Source: Thermoanaerobaculia bacterium
GTDB lineage: Bacteria; Acidobacteriota; Thermoanaerobaculia; UBA5066
DNA length: 64,000 nt
Reading direction: 5' to 3'
Assembly: GCA_038245905.1 (NCBI GenBank)
Contig: JBBRRY010000019.1
Location: 9,072 to 73,071 of the forward strand
Shown here: piece by piece, positions 35,962 to 46,453 of the stretch
Numbering within the stretch: position 1 is the stretch's first letter
Layout: each line of letters opens with the position of its first letter
Program-made: the position numbers and the translations under genes
Notes under the pieces: model-generated
What the model was told of the DNA's origin: nothing
Seen by the model: only the letters and a program-made list of their open reading frames with translations
Database searches by the model: none

Positions 35962-38900
35962 TCATGGAGGCGATCCTCCCTCAACCTTGAGGACCGTGCC
36001 GGCCGAGTAGGCGTTGAACTCGGGGGCGTACATGGACTGGACCGTCGCGGGCCCGACGCGGAATGTCCCGGCCATGTTCGCACGCAGCCGGTACTTGAAC
36101 GTGTACTCGCCGACCGGAAGGCGCTCGAAGAAGAAGTTCGTCGCCGAGTCGCGCGTCTCCTCGTACCAGGCGATCCCGAGATCCCACTTCCACTTCGAGA
36201 GGACGTTCTGGGGCTCGAGACCGGCCGCCCGCGGGTCCCGCAGATGGACGTACTCGGCGTCGTGCTTCGTCCGGAGCGAGATCTGGACCTCGATCTCGTC
36301 GCCCGGCTTGATGACCGCGCCCTCGGCGAGCGGCGTCAAGGTGAACCCGGTCCCCTTGTTCTCGCGGCGGAAGTACGTCCTGGAGACGTTGAAGAAGTCC
36401 CCGCGGTCTTCCGTCGGCAGCTTCTCGGTCGAGAAGTGCCACGCGGCCGACGCGAAGACGAAGCCCTTGCCTTCCTTCTCCACGATGATGGTGGAGGTCG
36501 TCTTCGAATCGACCCTTTCGCCGGGAATCACGACCCGGTTGTTCTTGCCGGTGTACTTCTCCGGATCGAACGTGAAGGTCACCTTCTGCGTTCCGACGAT
36601 CACGGTCGCGTCCTCGGGCGCCCCGAGCGCGCCCTCCTTCTTCAGGTAGTGGACGAGCGAATAGATGACCTCGGCCGTCGCGCGCGTCGACTTCCACTGG
36701 TTGAGCTTCTTGTTCAGGAGGAGCCACTGGACGAGGCCGTCCATCTTCGGGTTCGCGGGGTCCAGCTCGAGGAGCGTTCGGAGCGCGAACGCGTGCGTCT
36801 CGATCGTGTCGTTGTACCAGAGCCAGGAGCGGTCCTCGGGCGCCCAGAACGTCCCCTGCTCCTCGTTCGACTTCGCCGAATCCATGACGGAATCCCACAC
36901 GAGCTTCGCGTCGGCGGGGCGGCCCATCCGCTTGAGCGTGAGCGAGAGGTAGCCCTTGAGGTACGGCGCGTGGTTCCTCCAGTGCTTGAACGAGTAGTCG
37001 AGCATCTCCTTGCGCTCGGCGTCCGTGAAGACGCCGCCCGACCACGAGACGTCGGGATACGTCGAGAGGACGTAGTTCAGGAACGTGACGAACTCCCAGC
37101 AGCCGTCCCTCGCCATGCACGCGCGCCAGTCGCTGCGATAGTGCTGGGCGACGTAACCCCACGCGCGCGTCGTCACGTCCTTCGGCACGTCCACGCCGAA
37201 CTCGAGGCCCTTCGCGAAGCCGTGGAGGATGTAGAGCGTCATGTAGGGCGAGGGCGGGCCGCCCGGGAACCACGGCCACGCGCCGATCGAGGTCTGCGCC
37301 TTGCGGAGGCGCGCGAGGGCGGACTCCTGGTTCGCCTTCGCGACACGCGGGTCGAGGGTGTTGATCGTCTCGATGTCGGTGCGGCCGCCTTTCGCGGTCA
37401 CGAGCCACGGCGTCTCCTCGAGCGCCATCTTCCGGTTCGGATCCGTTTCGTCCCACGACTCGAGCGGCGTCGTCCGCTTCGACATCTCGGCCGCCATCTT
37501 CGCAACGGCCGGGTAGTCCCGGTAGACGCTCGACACGATCCCCGTCGAGAGGAACCGGTTCAGCGTCTGCTCCGTGCACTCGTACGGGTAGTTCGTGAGG
37601 TACGGCAGCGCCTGCAGGACCGTGTAAAAGAGCTGCGCGTCGACCGTGACGACCATCTGCTCGTTCACGAGCGTCGGGTCGTCGTTCTTCGCGAGGTCGT
37701 CGAAGCGGAGCGTCTTTCGATCCTTGTTTTTGAGCGTCACGAACCGCGACTGGACGAGGTGCATCCGGCCCGGGAGGACGGGCAGCGGCCGGACCTCACC
37801 GTCCGACAGGTCGCCCGAAGTCGCGACGGCCTTGAAGGCGACGGTCGTCAGGCCCTTCGGCGCCGTGACGGGGAACGTCAGGTTCGTCCCGCCGCCGGCG
37901 GGCGCCGTGAACGCGCGAGACGCCGCGCTCGCCGCGAGACCGAACACGGGGAGAAGACTCTTGCCCGTCGACGGGTCCATGATCTCGAACGCGAGCGAGC
38001 CGCTCAGCGGCTTCGCGGACGCGTTGTTGACGACGACCTTGATCTCGGCCTTGTCGCCCTCGCGCAGGAAGCGCGGGACGTAGGGGCGGACCATGAGGTC
38101 CTTGACCGTCTTCGTCTCGGCGCCCACGGATCCGCCGCGCAGGTCCTTCGTGATCGCGTGGACGAATACCCTCCACGACGTGACGGAGTCGGGCACGGTG
38201 AACTCGATCGAGGCGGAGCCGTCGGCGTTCGTCAGGAGCTGCGGCTGCCAGAACGCGGTTTCAGAGAAATTGCTTCGGAGGGCGGTGCCAGCGTCGTCTC
38301 CGGTGATGCCGGCCTTTCCGGCGTCGCCGTCTTTCTTCTTAGACAGTGAATCGGTCTCCTCGTCTCGTCGTTCCTTCGAGTCGGAGAGCTTTCCTTCCGC
38401 CGCCACGGACGCCACTTCCTGTCGCGCCATCGCCGACTTCATCGCCATTGGCGCCGAGGCGGGGTACGCCTGGTTGTAGGCGCCCCCCATCCCCCGGTTC
38501 CGCACGCCGGGACCGCCGATCCCGTAGCCGCTCTCGAATTTCAGCTGATCGGGGCGGAGGTAAGGAGACGACGGCGGCGACGGGAAGCCGCTGCTCGTGA
38601 GCCAGAGCTGCGGGGCCGGACCCAGCGTCGCGCGAGACACGACCGGCGTCGCGCGGTTCGGGAGCAGCTGGAGCGGGCTGGGCGGGCGGTGCGGGGCGAA
38701 GGAGTCGAGGCTCCGGTCGTACATGTACGCGAGGAGCTCGGCCGTCTCCTTGAGCGGGTGCTCGGGCGTCGCGCCCTTGACCGTCACGCGCCACGTCTCG
38801 GTCTGTCCGGGCCGGAGGCGGTCGCGGAACGTCGCGAAGGACACCTTCAGCTCACGGTCGTCCCAGGGCACGAGCACGCTCTGGGTCTGCTGGAGGAACT

Positions 38901-41900
38901 GGTGGTCGCGCACGACCGTCACGGTGACCGCGAAGCCGCCGCGGTCCTCCTCGCCGACGGGCCGTTCGATCACCGTCGCGTCGCTTCCGGCCTTGAGGAT
39001 GCGCCGCTCGATCAGCTTCCCGGCGCGGGCGACGTCCAGGTAGAGCGTCTGACCCTTGAGACCCGAGGCGACGTAGAAGCGGGCGACGCCGCCGGCCTTC
39101 ACCGACGAGGACTCGGCGAGGAGGACGAGCGGCAGCGCCGGCGACGCCTTCGCGCCCGCGGCGAGGAAGTCCTGCTCCGTCTCGTACTTCGCGCCGAAGT
39201 CGTCGACCGTCGTGTACCGCAGGCGGTACGCGCCCGGCGAAAGGGCGGGCAGGTCGAGTCTCGCTTCCCCCTTCGCGCCATGTGTCAGGGCTCCGGTCGC
39301 CTCCTCGGCGCCGTCCTTCCACGCGTGCAGCCACTCCTCGACGGAGTAGCCCGTCGCCCAGCGCGGACGCAGCCGGTCGCCGGGGGTGGTCAGATCCAGA
39401 GTGGCTTGCTTCTCGCTGTCCGAAGCGCCGGATGAAGATTTCTTTGAAGGTAATTCGGCAGGGAGGAGAGTCTTCTCCGGCTGGACGAGCCGCAGCAACC
39501 GCCAGGTCCCCTTGCCGGCCCGAGGCGCACCGTCCAGGTCGGAGCGCACGATGGTCGCCTCGCCCGTCTTACCCTCCAAGAAGAAATTCTTCTCTTTCTC
39601 AATCCTTGCCTTCACGCTCACGAACCCGAGGCGGAAGGAGCGGTCGGCCGAGCGCGTCTCGCCACCCTCGTCCGTCACGTCGACCGAGAGCCGGTACCGG
39701 TATGTGATCTCCCGGCCCGCGCGCTCGTCCGCCTTCGGCGTGAACGTCACCGCGAACGCGCCGTCCGCTCCGAGCGCCGTACGGCCCGTCGCGACTGTCT
39801 CATTCGCCGCGGGACGCGCGCCGCCCCACCAGCCCCACCACCACCACGAGGGATACTCGGGCTCGCGCGTCACGCGCCAGGCGACGCCTCCGCCCGCGAC
39901 GGGCAGGCCGAAGTAATAGCGCGCCTCGCCCCGGAACGTCGCGGGCCGGTTCAGGCGCAGCGCATCCTTCGACTCCGCGAGCGTCGCTTCGAACGTCGGG
40001 CGCTTGTACTCCTCGACCCGGATTGCGGCCGCGCCGCTCCAGCTGCTCTGCACGCGCCAGGCGCCAAGCGCGCGGCCGGCCGGAATCGCGAACTCTCCCG
40101 CCACCGAGCCCCATGCGTTCGTCGTGACGGTCTTCGACTCGACGGGCTGGCCGTTCGCGTCGATGAGAGAGATCGAGAGGGTCGACTCGGGCGCGACGCG
40201 CAGGCGGGCGAGGTCCGCGCGCCCGCGGTAGACGACGGCCTTCCAGAGGACCTTCTGGAGGGGCCGGTAGATGCTACGGTCCGTGAAGACGAGGGCGGAC
40301 GTGGTGTCCGAGGGCGTGGCCCGGCTCCAGAGCGAGAGATAGCTCGCGTCCAGCGCCACGTCGTCGCCGCGCCGCGCGAAGAGGAACGTCTGCTTCCCGT
40401 TGCGGTCGGTCGCGGGCTCGATGGCCGCGAGGCCGTCCGGCCCGGCCGTCGACTCAACGATGCGGTGATGCCCGTTCTGCCAGTCGTACTGCCAGAGGGC
40501 CACCTTCGTTCCGGCCGCGGGGCGGCCCGTGGTTCCCGAGACGGCACGCGCCTCGACGCCGCCCATGTCCGTCTGGCGGATCGTGAGCACGAGATCCGTT
40601 TCGATCATCCCGGCGGCGTGAAGGGGTCCCTTCTCCGGCGAAAATCCCCTGTCGGCCGAGGCGACGACAACGTGAAGTCCGCGCCCGAGGGAGGGCGGCG
40701 TCACGAACGTGCGGTGGGACCGGTAGTCGGTCGTCGCGGGAAGCGCGGACTCGAACGAGGCGACGGGTGTCTCCTTCGCGACGAGCGCGTCGAGCTCGCG
40801 CCCCTGCGGCAGGAGGTTGTAGTCCTTCGCCCGGCCGAGACGGGCCTCGAGGTCCACCGCGTAGGCCCGGAAGTAGAGCGTCGGGAGGTTGCGGTGCGTG
40901 ACCTCGATCGAGCGGCGGCCCGCGCCGTCCGCGGCCATCGCGGCCATCGACCAGTCCGGCGCCTCGATCTGCCCCACGATCGAGCGCCCGCGCGCGGCGC
41001 CGAGCGACTTCGGGTGGGCCTGGATCGCCTCGAGGGCGAGCGTCCGGGCGCGCACGAGGGCGCCCGGCTTGTCCTCGCCCCTCGTGAAGTCCGCGAGCTG
41101 GGCCTTGCCCATCGAGTACCACGAGACGTCAGCGTACGAAGGCAGCCTCCCCGCGAGGTCCCTGCGAATCGCGGCCTTGTCGCCCGAGTCGGTGAAGGCG
41201 GCGTCGAGATGGCGCAGCCTCTCGAGGCGCGCTTCCAGCGCGGCCTCCCGTTCGCCCCCCGCCGCGTGCCACGCCTCGAGGTCGTCGAGGACCGCGCCGA
41301 GCTTCAGGAGCGGGTGGACGGCCGGATCGCCGAGCTTCACGAGCTTCGACGCCGCGGCGTCGCCCGCGATGAGGGACTTCGCGTCCAGCGCGAAGACGCC
41401 GTTCGACTGCTCGGGCCGCCAGCCGGACGTGTCCGCGAGGAGCGCCGCGAAGAGGTACGACGCGGCGTCGCGCAGCGTCCCGCGGATCTCCTTCGGATAG
41501 TTGTTGGGCTCGACGAACTCGGCGACGGCGTCGACCTTGACGCGCCCGAGCGCTTCGCGGTCCTTCCAGACCTCGACGTACGCCCTCACCGCCTCGGCCT
41601 GGATCTCGTCCCGCGTCCACGCCTTGAGGTCCACGGCGTTCTTCGAGGCGACCTTCTCGCGCTGAAAGACCTCCCCCGAGTAGGCCTGCGCATACGTCAC
41701 GAGCGACTGCGCATAGAAGAGACGCAGGGTGGTGCGTGGCAGCAGGCCCTTCGGCCAGGGCTGGTCCTTCAGGAACCGGACCGACGTCTCGTAGCCGTGG
41801 AGCGCGGTCCGGAGCTGGACTTCGCGGACGAGCGCCTTCGCCTCGTTCGCCTCGTCGCCCGCGGCGCGCGCAGCGCCCCGGATCTTTCCGACCCTCGAGG

Positions 41901-42060
41901 CCGCCTCTTCGAGCTTCTGCTCGGAGACGAGCCGCTCGACTTCCTTCCAGGGGTCGCCTTCCGTCACGCGGGCTCCCGCGAAGGTGAGGGCCACGCGGGC
42001 GGTCCCGGCGGCGAGGAGAACAGCGATTGCGTAGAGGGCGATCCGGCGTGCATGTCTCAT
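35962..42060 (-). CDS. Bacterial alpha-2-macroglobulin (2032 aa)
   Basis: FTDRSIYRP, VEEYKRPTFE, LRSNFSETAFWQP, PRFLREGD, thioester YPYECTEQ, SMYAPEF. Confidence 0.95.
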   Translation of the reverse strand: MRHARRIALYAIAVLLAAGTARVALTFAGARVTEGDPWKEVERLVSEQKLEEAASRVGKIRGAARAAGDEANEAKALVREVQLRTALHGYETSVRFLKDQPWPKGLLPRTTLRLFYAQSLVTYAQAYSGEVFQREKVASKNAVDLKAWTRDEIQAEAVRAYVEVWKDREALGRVKVDAVAEFVEPNNYPKEIRGTLRDAASYLFAALLADTSGWRPEQSNGVFALDAKSLIAGDAAASKLVKLGDPAVHPLLKLGAVLDDLEAWHAAGGEREAALEARLERLRHLDAAFTDSGDKAAIRRDLAGRLPSYADVSWYSMGKAQLADFTRGEDKPGALVRARTLALEAIQAHPKSLGAARGRSIVGQIEAPDWSMAAMAADGAGRRSIEVTHRNLPTLYFRAYAVDLEARLGRAKDYNLLPQGRELDALVAKETPVASFESALPATTDYRSHRTFVTPPSLGRGLHVVVASADRGFSPEKGPLHAAGMIETDLVLTIRQTDMGGVEARAVSGTTGRPAAGTKVALWQYDWQNGHHRIVESTAGPDGLAAIEPATDRNGKQTFLFARRGDDVALDASYLSLWSRATPSDTTSALVFTDRSIYRPLQKVLWKAVVYRGRADLARLRVAPESTLSISLIDANGQPVESKTVTTNAWGSVAGEFAIPAGRALGAWRVQSSWSGAAAIRVEEYKRPTFEATLAESKDALRLNRPATFRGEARYYFGLPVAGGGVAWRVTREPEYPSWWWWGWWGGARPAANETVATGRTALGADGAFAVTFTPKADERAGREITYRYRLSVDVTDEGGETRSADRSFRLGFVSVKARIEKEKNFFLEGKTGEATIVRSDLDGAPRAGKGTWRLLRLVQPEKTLLPAELPSKKSSSGASDSEKQATLDLTTPGDRLRPRWATGYSVEEWLHAWKDGAEEATGALTHGAKGEARLDLPALSPGAYRLRYTTVDDFGAKYETEQDFLAAGAKASPALPLVLLAESSSVKAGGVARFYVASGLKGQTLYLDVARAGKLIERRILKAGSDATVIERPVGEEDRGGFAVTVTVVRDHQFLQQTQSVLVPWDDRELKVSFATFRDRLRPGQTETWRVTVKGATPEHPLKETAELLAYMYDRSLDSFAPHRPPSPLQLLPNRATPVVSRATLGPAPQLWLTSSGFPSPPSSPYLRPDQLKFESGYGIGGPGVRNRGMGGAYNQAYPASAPMAMKSAMARQEVASVAAEGKLSDSKERRDEETDSLSKKKDGDAGKAGITGDDAGTALRSNFSETAFWQPQLLTNADGSASIEFTVPDSVTSWRVFVHAITKDLRGGSVGAETKTVKDLMVRPYVPRFLREGDKAEIKVVVNNASAKPLSGSLAFEIMDPSTGKSLLPVFGLAASAASRAFTAPAGGGTNLTFPVTAPKGLTTVAFKAVATSGDLSDGEVRPLPVLPGRMHLVQSRFVTLKNKDRKTLRFDDLAKNDDPTLVNEQMVVTVDAQLFYTVLQALPYLTNYPYECTEQTLNRFLSTGIVSSVYRDYPAVAKMAAEMSKRTTPLESWDETDPNRKMALEETPWLVTAKGGRTDIETINTLDPRVAKANQESALARLRKAQTSIGAWPWFPGGPPSPYMTLYILHGFAKGLEFGVDVPKDVTTRAWGYVAQHYRSDWRACMARDGCWEFVTFLNYVLSTYPDVSWSGGVFTDAERKEMLDYSFKHWRNHAPYLKGYLSLTLKRMGRPADAKLVWDSVMDSAKSNEEQGTFWAPEDRSWLWYNDTIETHAFALRTLLELDPANPKMDGLVQWLLLNKKLNQWKSTRATAEVIYSLVHYLKKEGALGAPEDATVIVGTQKVTFTFDPEKYTGKNNRVVIPGERVDSKTTSTIIVEKEGKGFVFASAAWHFSTEKLPTEDRGDFFNVSRTYFRRENKGTGFTLTPLAEGAVIKPGDEIEVQISLRTKHDAEYVHLRDPRAAGLEPQNVLSKWKWDLGIAWYEETRDSATNFFFERLPVGEYTFKYRLRANMAGTFRVGPATVQSMYAPEFNAYSAGTVLKVEGGSPP

Positions 42061-42107
42061 GGTGTCTCCGCCAGTCTAAGACCCCCGAGACGTGGAAAGG
42101 TTCCCGT

Positions 42108-44531
42108 TCAGCGCATCAACCGGAACGCGGCGACGGCCTCGAGCTTTCGGCCCTTTCGCTCCGCCAGCATACGGCGCGCGAGGCGGCGCACGAGAGAGGC
42201 CCAGTCTGGCGTGCGTCCGCCGGCGGCGTTCCGGAGAATCTCCAGCCAGTTCTCGGGCCGAATGCCACGGATCGAGGTTCCAGGGCGGAGGATCAGCTCC
42301 GCCCATTCGGGGCGCGGCGAGCCGTCGAATCCCGTCGCCGCCACTTCAACCGCGGTGCCGCGGCGCAGGACGTACAGGAGGCCCGCCCCCGAAACGCCCG
42401 CTTTCTCGATCAGGAGGAGCCCGGTCCGGCCGCGCGCGCCATCCTCGAGCTCGCGGAACAGCCCCTCCACGAGCGCATGACCCGAGGCGAAGAAGTCGAG
42501 GTCCTCCTTGCGCACGGCCTCGCCGCGGTCGAACGTGCCGAGCCAGCGCGCGTCGCCGGCGACTCCCGGCAGGTGCTCGACGAGCGCGTCCGCGCCGAAC
42601 TCCACATACCACGTGCTCTTCCCCGCCCGCTCGACGGTCTCGAAACCGTGAAGATCCGCGGCATCGAGGACGAATCTCTCCATGTGCTCGTCGAGATCGG
42701 CGGGCACGCGTGCGAGAATCTGGGCCGCCTTTTCGGCCGCGTATCCCTCTTGGTGCAGGTGGTGGTAGACAGCCTTCTGCCGCGCGTCGACCGCGGACCG
42801 CATCCCCTCCGCGAGAGCCTCTATCGGCAGGGGCTTTCCGACCTTCTTGAACCGCTCGGCCTTCAGGATCGCGGCTTCGACGTCCGCCAGCGAGCGCTCG
42901 AGCCCGCCGAGCGGCGCCGTGAAAAGGCCGATGCGCTCGTAGAGATCCACGACCTCGCGCTCGAAGCCTCCGGCCGGACGGAAATAGACGATCTCGACCG
43001 GCATCGACCGGTTGATCCGGTCGAGCCGGCCGATCCGCTGCTCCACCGCGGCCGGGTCGCGCGGCAGGTCGAACAGGACGAGGCGGCGGCAGAACTCGAA
43101 GTTGCGGCCCTCGCCGCCCGCCTCCGTCGAGATCAGGATCGACGGACCGTCCGGCCGCCGGAACTCGGCCACCTCGACGTCGCCGCGCTCGGGCGTGAGC
43201 TCCTCGTGAAAGATCGCGACGCGCTTGCGGGTCGCGGACTCCAGCCGCTCCTTCAGGGCCGACAGGGTCGCCCGCTCGTGGACGAAGACGAGCGTCTTGG
43301 CCGTGCCGCGAGAGCGCCAGATCTCGTCCTGCCGCGCGATCCAGATGACGCGCGGATCCACGGCGTCTTCCCTCTCGTCGCCTGTCAGGCCAGCGGCAGC
43401 CGGCGCGACCTCGAGATCCACCGGCAAAGGCACGCGCGGCTGGAGCCCGCCGATGTCCACGCGCCGCGTCGCGCTCGTGCACGGCGGCAGCGGCTCGCCC
43501 CGCTCGAGCGCTGCCTGAAACGCGTCCTCGGACGTATAGGCGTCGGGCCGGAGCAGCTCGAGGAGGCGGAAGAAGCCGTGGGCGTCCGCCTCGAGAGGCG
43601 TCGCGGAGAGAAGCAGCACGTGCCGCGCGATGCGCGTCAGGGGCGCGATCGCGCGATAAGCGTCGCTCCCCGCGTCCCCCTTCGCGCGTTCCAGGCGGTG
43701 GGCCTCGTCCACGACGAGGAGCTCGAACCCCGCGGCCTCCGCCTGTTTCGAAAGCGTCGCATCCTCGACGAAGTCCTCGAGCGCCACGATCGCGTGGCGG
43801 TGGGCCTCGAAGGGGTTGAACCCTTCGCCATGGTCCTTCACGACGTCTTCCCGCCTCCTGCGGTCGAGGAGCACGAACGTCTGGTGGAACTTCCGGTACA
43901 GCTCGCCGAGCCACTGAACAGTGAGCGTCGCGGGTGCGACGACGAGCGCCCGGTCGGCGCGGTCGGTCCTGAGGAGGCGCGAGAGGATGAGGCAGGCCTC
44001 GATCGTCTTGCCGAGGCCCACTTCGTCGGCGAGCAGCCAGCGCACCGGGTCCGCGGCGGTGGCTCTTTCGGCGACGTCGAGCTGGTGTGGAAAGAGCGTG
44101 ATGCGCCCGCCGAGGAACGAGCCGAGGCCGGCCGCCTGCCGGATCTCCGAGAGCCGGAGCCCGTCCAGCCGGTTCCGGAACGCGGCCGCCCGGTCGGTCT
44201 GGAGCGCGGCGAGCCGCTCGACGGGATCGTCGGGGGGCGCGAGCGGCCACAGGAGGACCGGATCCACCGTACGCCCGTCGGCGAGACGCACGCCGGAGGG
44301 CCCGATCGCGTCCACGATGACCTCGCCCTCCTCTCCCTCGAGGCGCGCCTTCTGGCCGGCGCCGAGCGGCAGGGGCCGAAGGGCCTTGTCGTCGGCCGCG
44401 AGCGTCAGCCGGGTCTCGGTCGCCGGAAAAAAGACGACGACCCGCCGCCCCTCCACCTTCTCGACGCGCCCCGGCCCGAGGTCGGAGTTGAACTTGTGGA
44501 AAAGCTTGTCGTTTTCGCGAAAGGCGGGCAC
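42108..44531 (-). CDS. rapA: RapA/HepA-like SNF2 ATPase
   Basis: LFPHQ, LLADEVGLGKTIEA, VDEAH, LLSATP, GGEGRNFEF and EQRIGRLDRI motifs. Confidence 0.85.
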   Translation of the reverse strand: MPAFRENDKLFHKFNSDLGPGRVEKVEGRRVVVFFPATETRLTLAADDKALRPLPLGAGQKARLEGEEGEVIVDAIGPSGVRLADGRTVDPVLLWPLAPPDDPVERLAALQTDRAAAFRNRLDGLRLSEIRQAAGLGSFLGGRITLFPHQLDVAERATAADPVRWLLADEVGLGKTIEACLILSRLLRTDRADRALVVAPATLTVQWLGELYRKFHQTFVLLDRRRREDVVKDHGEGFNPFEAHRHAIVALEDFVEDATLSKQAEAAGFELLVVDEAHRLERAKGDAGSDAYRAIAPLTRIARHVLLLSATPLEADAHGFFRLLELLRPDAYTSEDAFQAALERGEPLPPCTSATRRVDIGGLQPRVPLPVDLEVAPAAAGLTGDEREDAVDPRVIWIARQDEIWRSRGTAKTLVFVHERATLSALKERLESATRKRVAIFHEELTPERGDVEVAEFRRPDGPSILISTEAGGEGRNFEFCRRLVLFDLPRDPAAVEQRIGRLDRINRSMPVEIVYFRPAGGFEREVVDLYERIGLFTAPLGGLERSLADVEAAILKAERFKKVGKPLPIEALAEGMRSAVDARQKAVYHHLHQEGYAAEKAAQILARVPADLDEHMERFVLDAADLHGFETVERAGKSTWYVEFGADALVEHLPGVAGDARWLGTFDRGEAVRKEDLDFFASGHALVEGLFRELEDGARGRTGLLLIEKAGVSGAGLLYVLRRGTAVEVAATGFDGSPRPEWAELILRPGTSIRGIRPENWLEILRNAAGGRTPDWASLVRRLARRMLAERKGRKLEAVAAFRLMR

Positions 44532-44553
44532 GGGGGCGCGATCGTAACCCGGC

Positions 44554-45672
44554 TCAGCGCAGCGCCTGATCTAGGTCTGCGATCAAGTCGTCCGGGTGCT
44601 CGAGCCCGATCGAGAGCCGGATGAGGTCCTGCGGCGTCGTCGAGCTGGCGCCTTCGCTCGTTGCGCGATGCTCGATCAGGCTCTCGACCGCGCCGAGAGA
44701 CGTCGCGCGCACGAAGAGCTTCGCTTTCCCGACCGCGGCGAGCGCCGCCTCGCGGCCCGCCTTCAAGTGGAAGGACATCATTCCGCCGAAACCGGACATC
44801 TGCCGGACCGCGACGGCGTGCCCCGGGTGCGACGGTAAGCCGGGATAGTTCACGCGCGACACGGCCGGGTGCTTGTCGAGGGCGCGCGCCACGGCAAGCG
44901 CATGCGCGCTGTGCGCGGCCACGCGCACCGCCAGAGAGCGCAGTCCCCGAAGCACGAGCCACGCGTTGAACGGAGCGAGAACAGCTCCGAGGATGTGGCG
45001 GACGTGCATCGCCTTTTCGAAGGTCTCGTCCCTGCGCTTGAAGATCAGAGCGCCTCCATGAACGTCACTGTGGCCGCCGAAATACTTCGTGACCGAGTGA
45101 ATCGCCACGTCGGCGCCGAGATCCAGCGGGCGCTGCAGGGCGGGCGTCGCAAACGTGTTATCCACGGCCGTGCGCGCACCGGCAGCACGCGCGATCTCCA
45201 CGATCGCCGCGATGTCCGAGACCCGAAGGAGCGGATTCGAGGGCGTTTCCACGAAGACGAGCTTCGTCGCGGGAGTGACCGCTCTCCGGACGGCGGCCAG
45301 GTCGTCCATGGCGCAGAAGCTCGCCGTGAGGCCCCACCGCGGTAGGAACTCCTCGGCGGCGACGCGCCAGCCGTAATAGGCGTCATCCGGCAGGAGTACG
45401 TGCGCCCCCGCGGGCAGCGTCTGGAGCAGCGACACGCCGGCCGCCATCCCGGACGCGAATACGAGCGCGCCGGCGCCACCTTCGAGCGGGAAAAGCGCGT
45501 CCTCGAGGAGCGACTGCATCGGGTTCGACTCGCGGATGTAGGTATGGCCGCCCAGCGGCAGCATCTGGTCGTCGCGTTCGAACGTCGTCGAGAGGTAGAT
45601 GGGGGGTGCTACCGAACCCGTGACGGTCTCCGGTCGCCTCCCCGCGTGCACCGCCAGCGTCTCGAATTTCAT
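44554..45672 (-). CDS. PLP-dependent transsulfuration enzyme (cystathionine gamma-synthase/lyase family)
   Basis: ATG 45672 (MKFETLAVHAG); ETPSNP, VDNTFATP, HSVTKYFGGHSD and SLGAVESL motifs. Confidence 0.92.
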   Translation of the reverse strand: MKFETLAVHAGRRPETVTGSVAPPIYLSTTFERDDQMLPLGGHTYIRESNPMQSLLEDALFPLEGGAGALVFASGMAAGVSLLQTLPAGAHVLLPDDAYYGWRVAAEEFLPRWGLTASFCAMDDLAAVRRAVTPATKLVFVETPSNPLLRVSDIAAIVEIARAAGARTAVDNTFATPALQRPLDLGADVAIHSVTKYFGGHSDVHGGALIFKRRDETFEKAMHVRHILGAVLAPFNAWLVLRGLRSLAVRVAAHSAHALAVARALDKHPAVSRVNYPGLPSHPGHAVAVRQMSGFGGMMSFHLKAGREAALAAVGKAKLFVRATSLGAVESLIEHRATSEGASSTTPQDLIRLSIGLEHPDDLIADLDQALR

Positions 45673-45712
45673 CCCATCGTGCGGAGCGTCGGTCTGTGGC
45701 ACGATTCCCTCC

Positions 45713-46444
45713 GTGAAGCTTCGGCCTCTTTTCTTCGCCGCCGCCACTCTGACCGCTTTCCCTCTCGGGGCGCAAGCCCCCGCGCCGTCCAAGCCGGACG
45801 TCGGAAAAGGCCTCAAGGTCGAGCGCGAGCGCCTCGCTTCGTACCAGTGGCGGCTCAAGACGGAGATGAAGGTGGACGGCGCCCTGCGCGTCTCGCGCAC
45901 CGAAAACGTCCATCTCGGCCCGAACGGCGAGCTCGTGAAGAAGATCGTCAAGTTCGACAAGTCGATGGCGCCGACCCCCTTCCCCCAGAACGACCCGCGC
46001 GCCCGCCTCGCGGCGCCCACGTCGAACGCCGAAGAGGACACCCTCTTCGAACAGGCTCAATCGCTCATGCAGTTCTACGCGCGCCTGTCGCCGGAGCGCG
46101 TCGCGGCGTGGGCCGAAAGGGCCGAGCTGATGCCGCCGGACCCCGACCGCGCGGGCAAGATCCGCCTCCACGGCCGTGGACTCGGGAGGGTGCAGGACGA
46201 CGCCGTCCTCTACCTCGACCCTTTGACGAAGATCGCGAGCGAGATCGAGGTCAAGACCACGGTCGACCCTCGCATCGTCGACATCGCGTTCCTCCGGGCT
46301 ACGTTCGAAGCGCTCCCGCAGGTGCGGCCAGACGTGCCGGCCGTATGGGTGCCAAAGAAGATCTTCCTGAACATGAACCGCGGCAAGCGCGCGGTCACGC
46401 TCGAGATGGAGACGTCGGATTGGCGATCCTGGACGGGCTCGTAG
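45713..46444 (+). CDS. Exported hypothetical protein (beta-rich)
   Basis: GTG start with signal peptide (VKLRPLFFAAATLTAFPLGA); typical GC3 codon bias. Confidence 0.7.
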   Translation: MKLRPLFFAAATLTAFPLGAQAPAPSKPDVGKGLKVERERLASYQWRLKTEMKVDGALRVSRTENVHLGPNGELVKKIVKFDKSMAPTPFPQNDPRARLAAPTSNAEEDTLFEQAQSLMQFYARLSPERVAAWAERAELMPPDPDRAGKIRLHGRGLGRVQDDAVLYLDPLTKIASEIEVKTTVDPRIVDIAFLRATFEALPQVRPDVPAVWVPKKIFLNMNRGKRAVTLEMETSDWRSWTGS

Positions 46445-46453
46445 CGTGAGCGA

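Noticed and set aside
42027-44624. 865-aa plus-strand ORF, and the idea that the SNF2 gene is a defence helicase
   Set aside because: The ORF is a shadow of rapA; the SNF2 protein has RapA-type motifs and no methylase or nuclease neighbours
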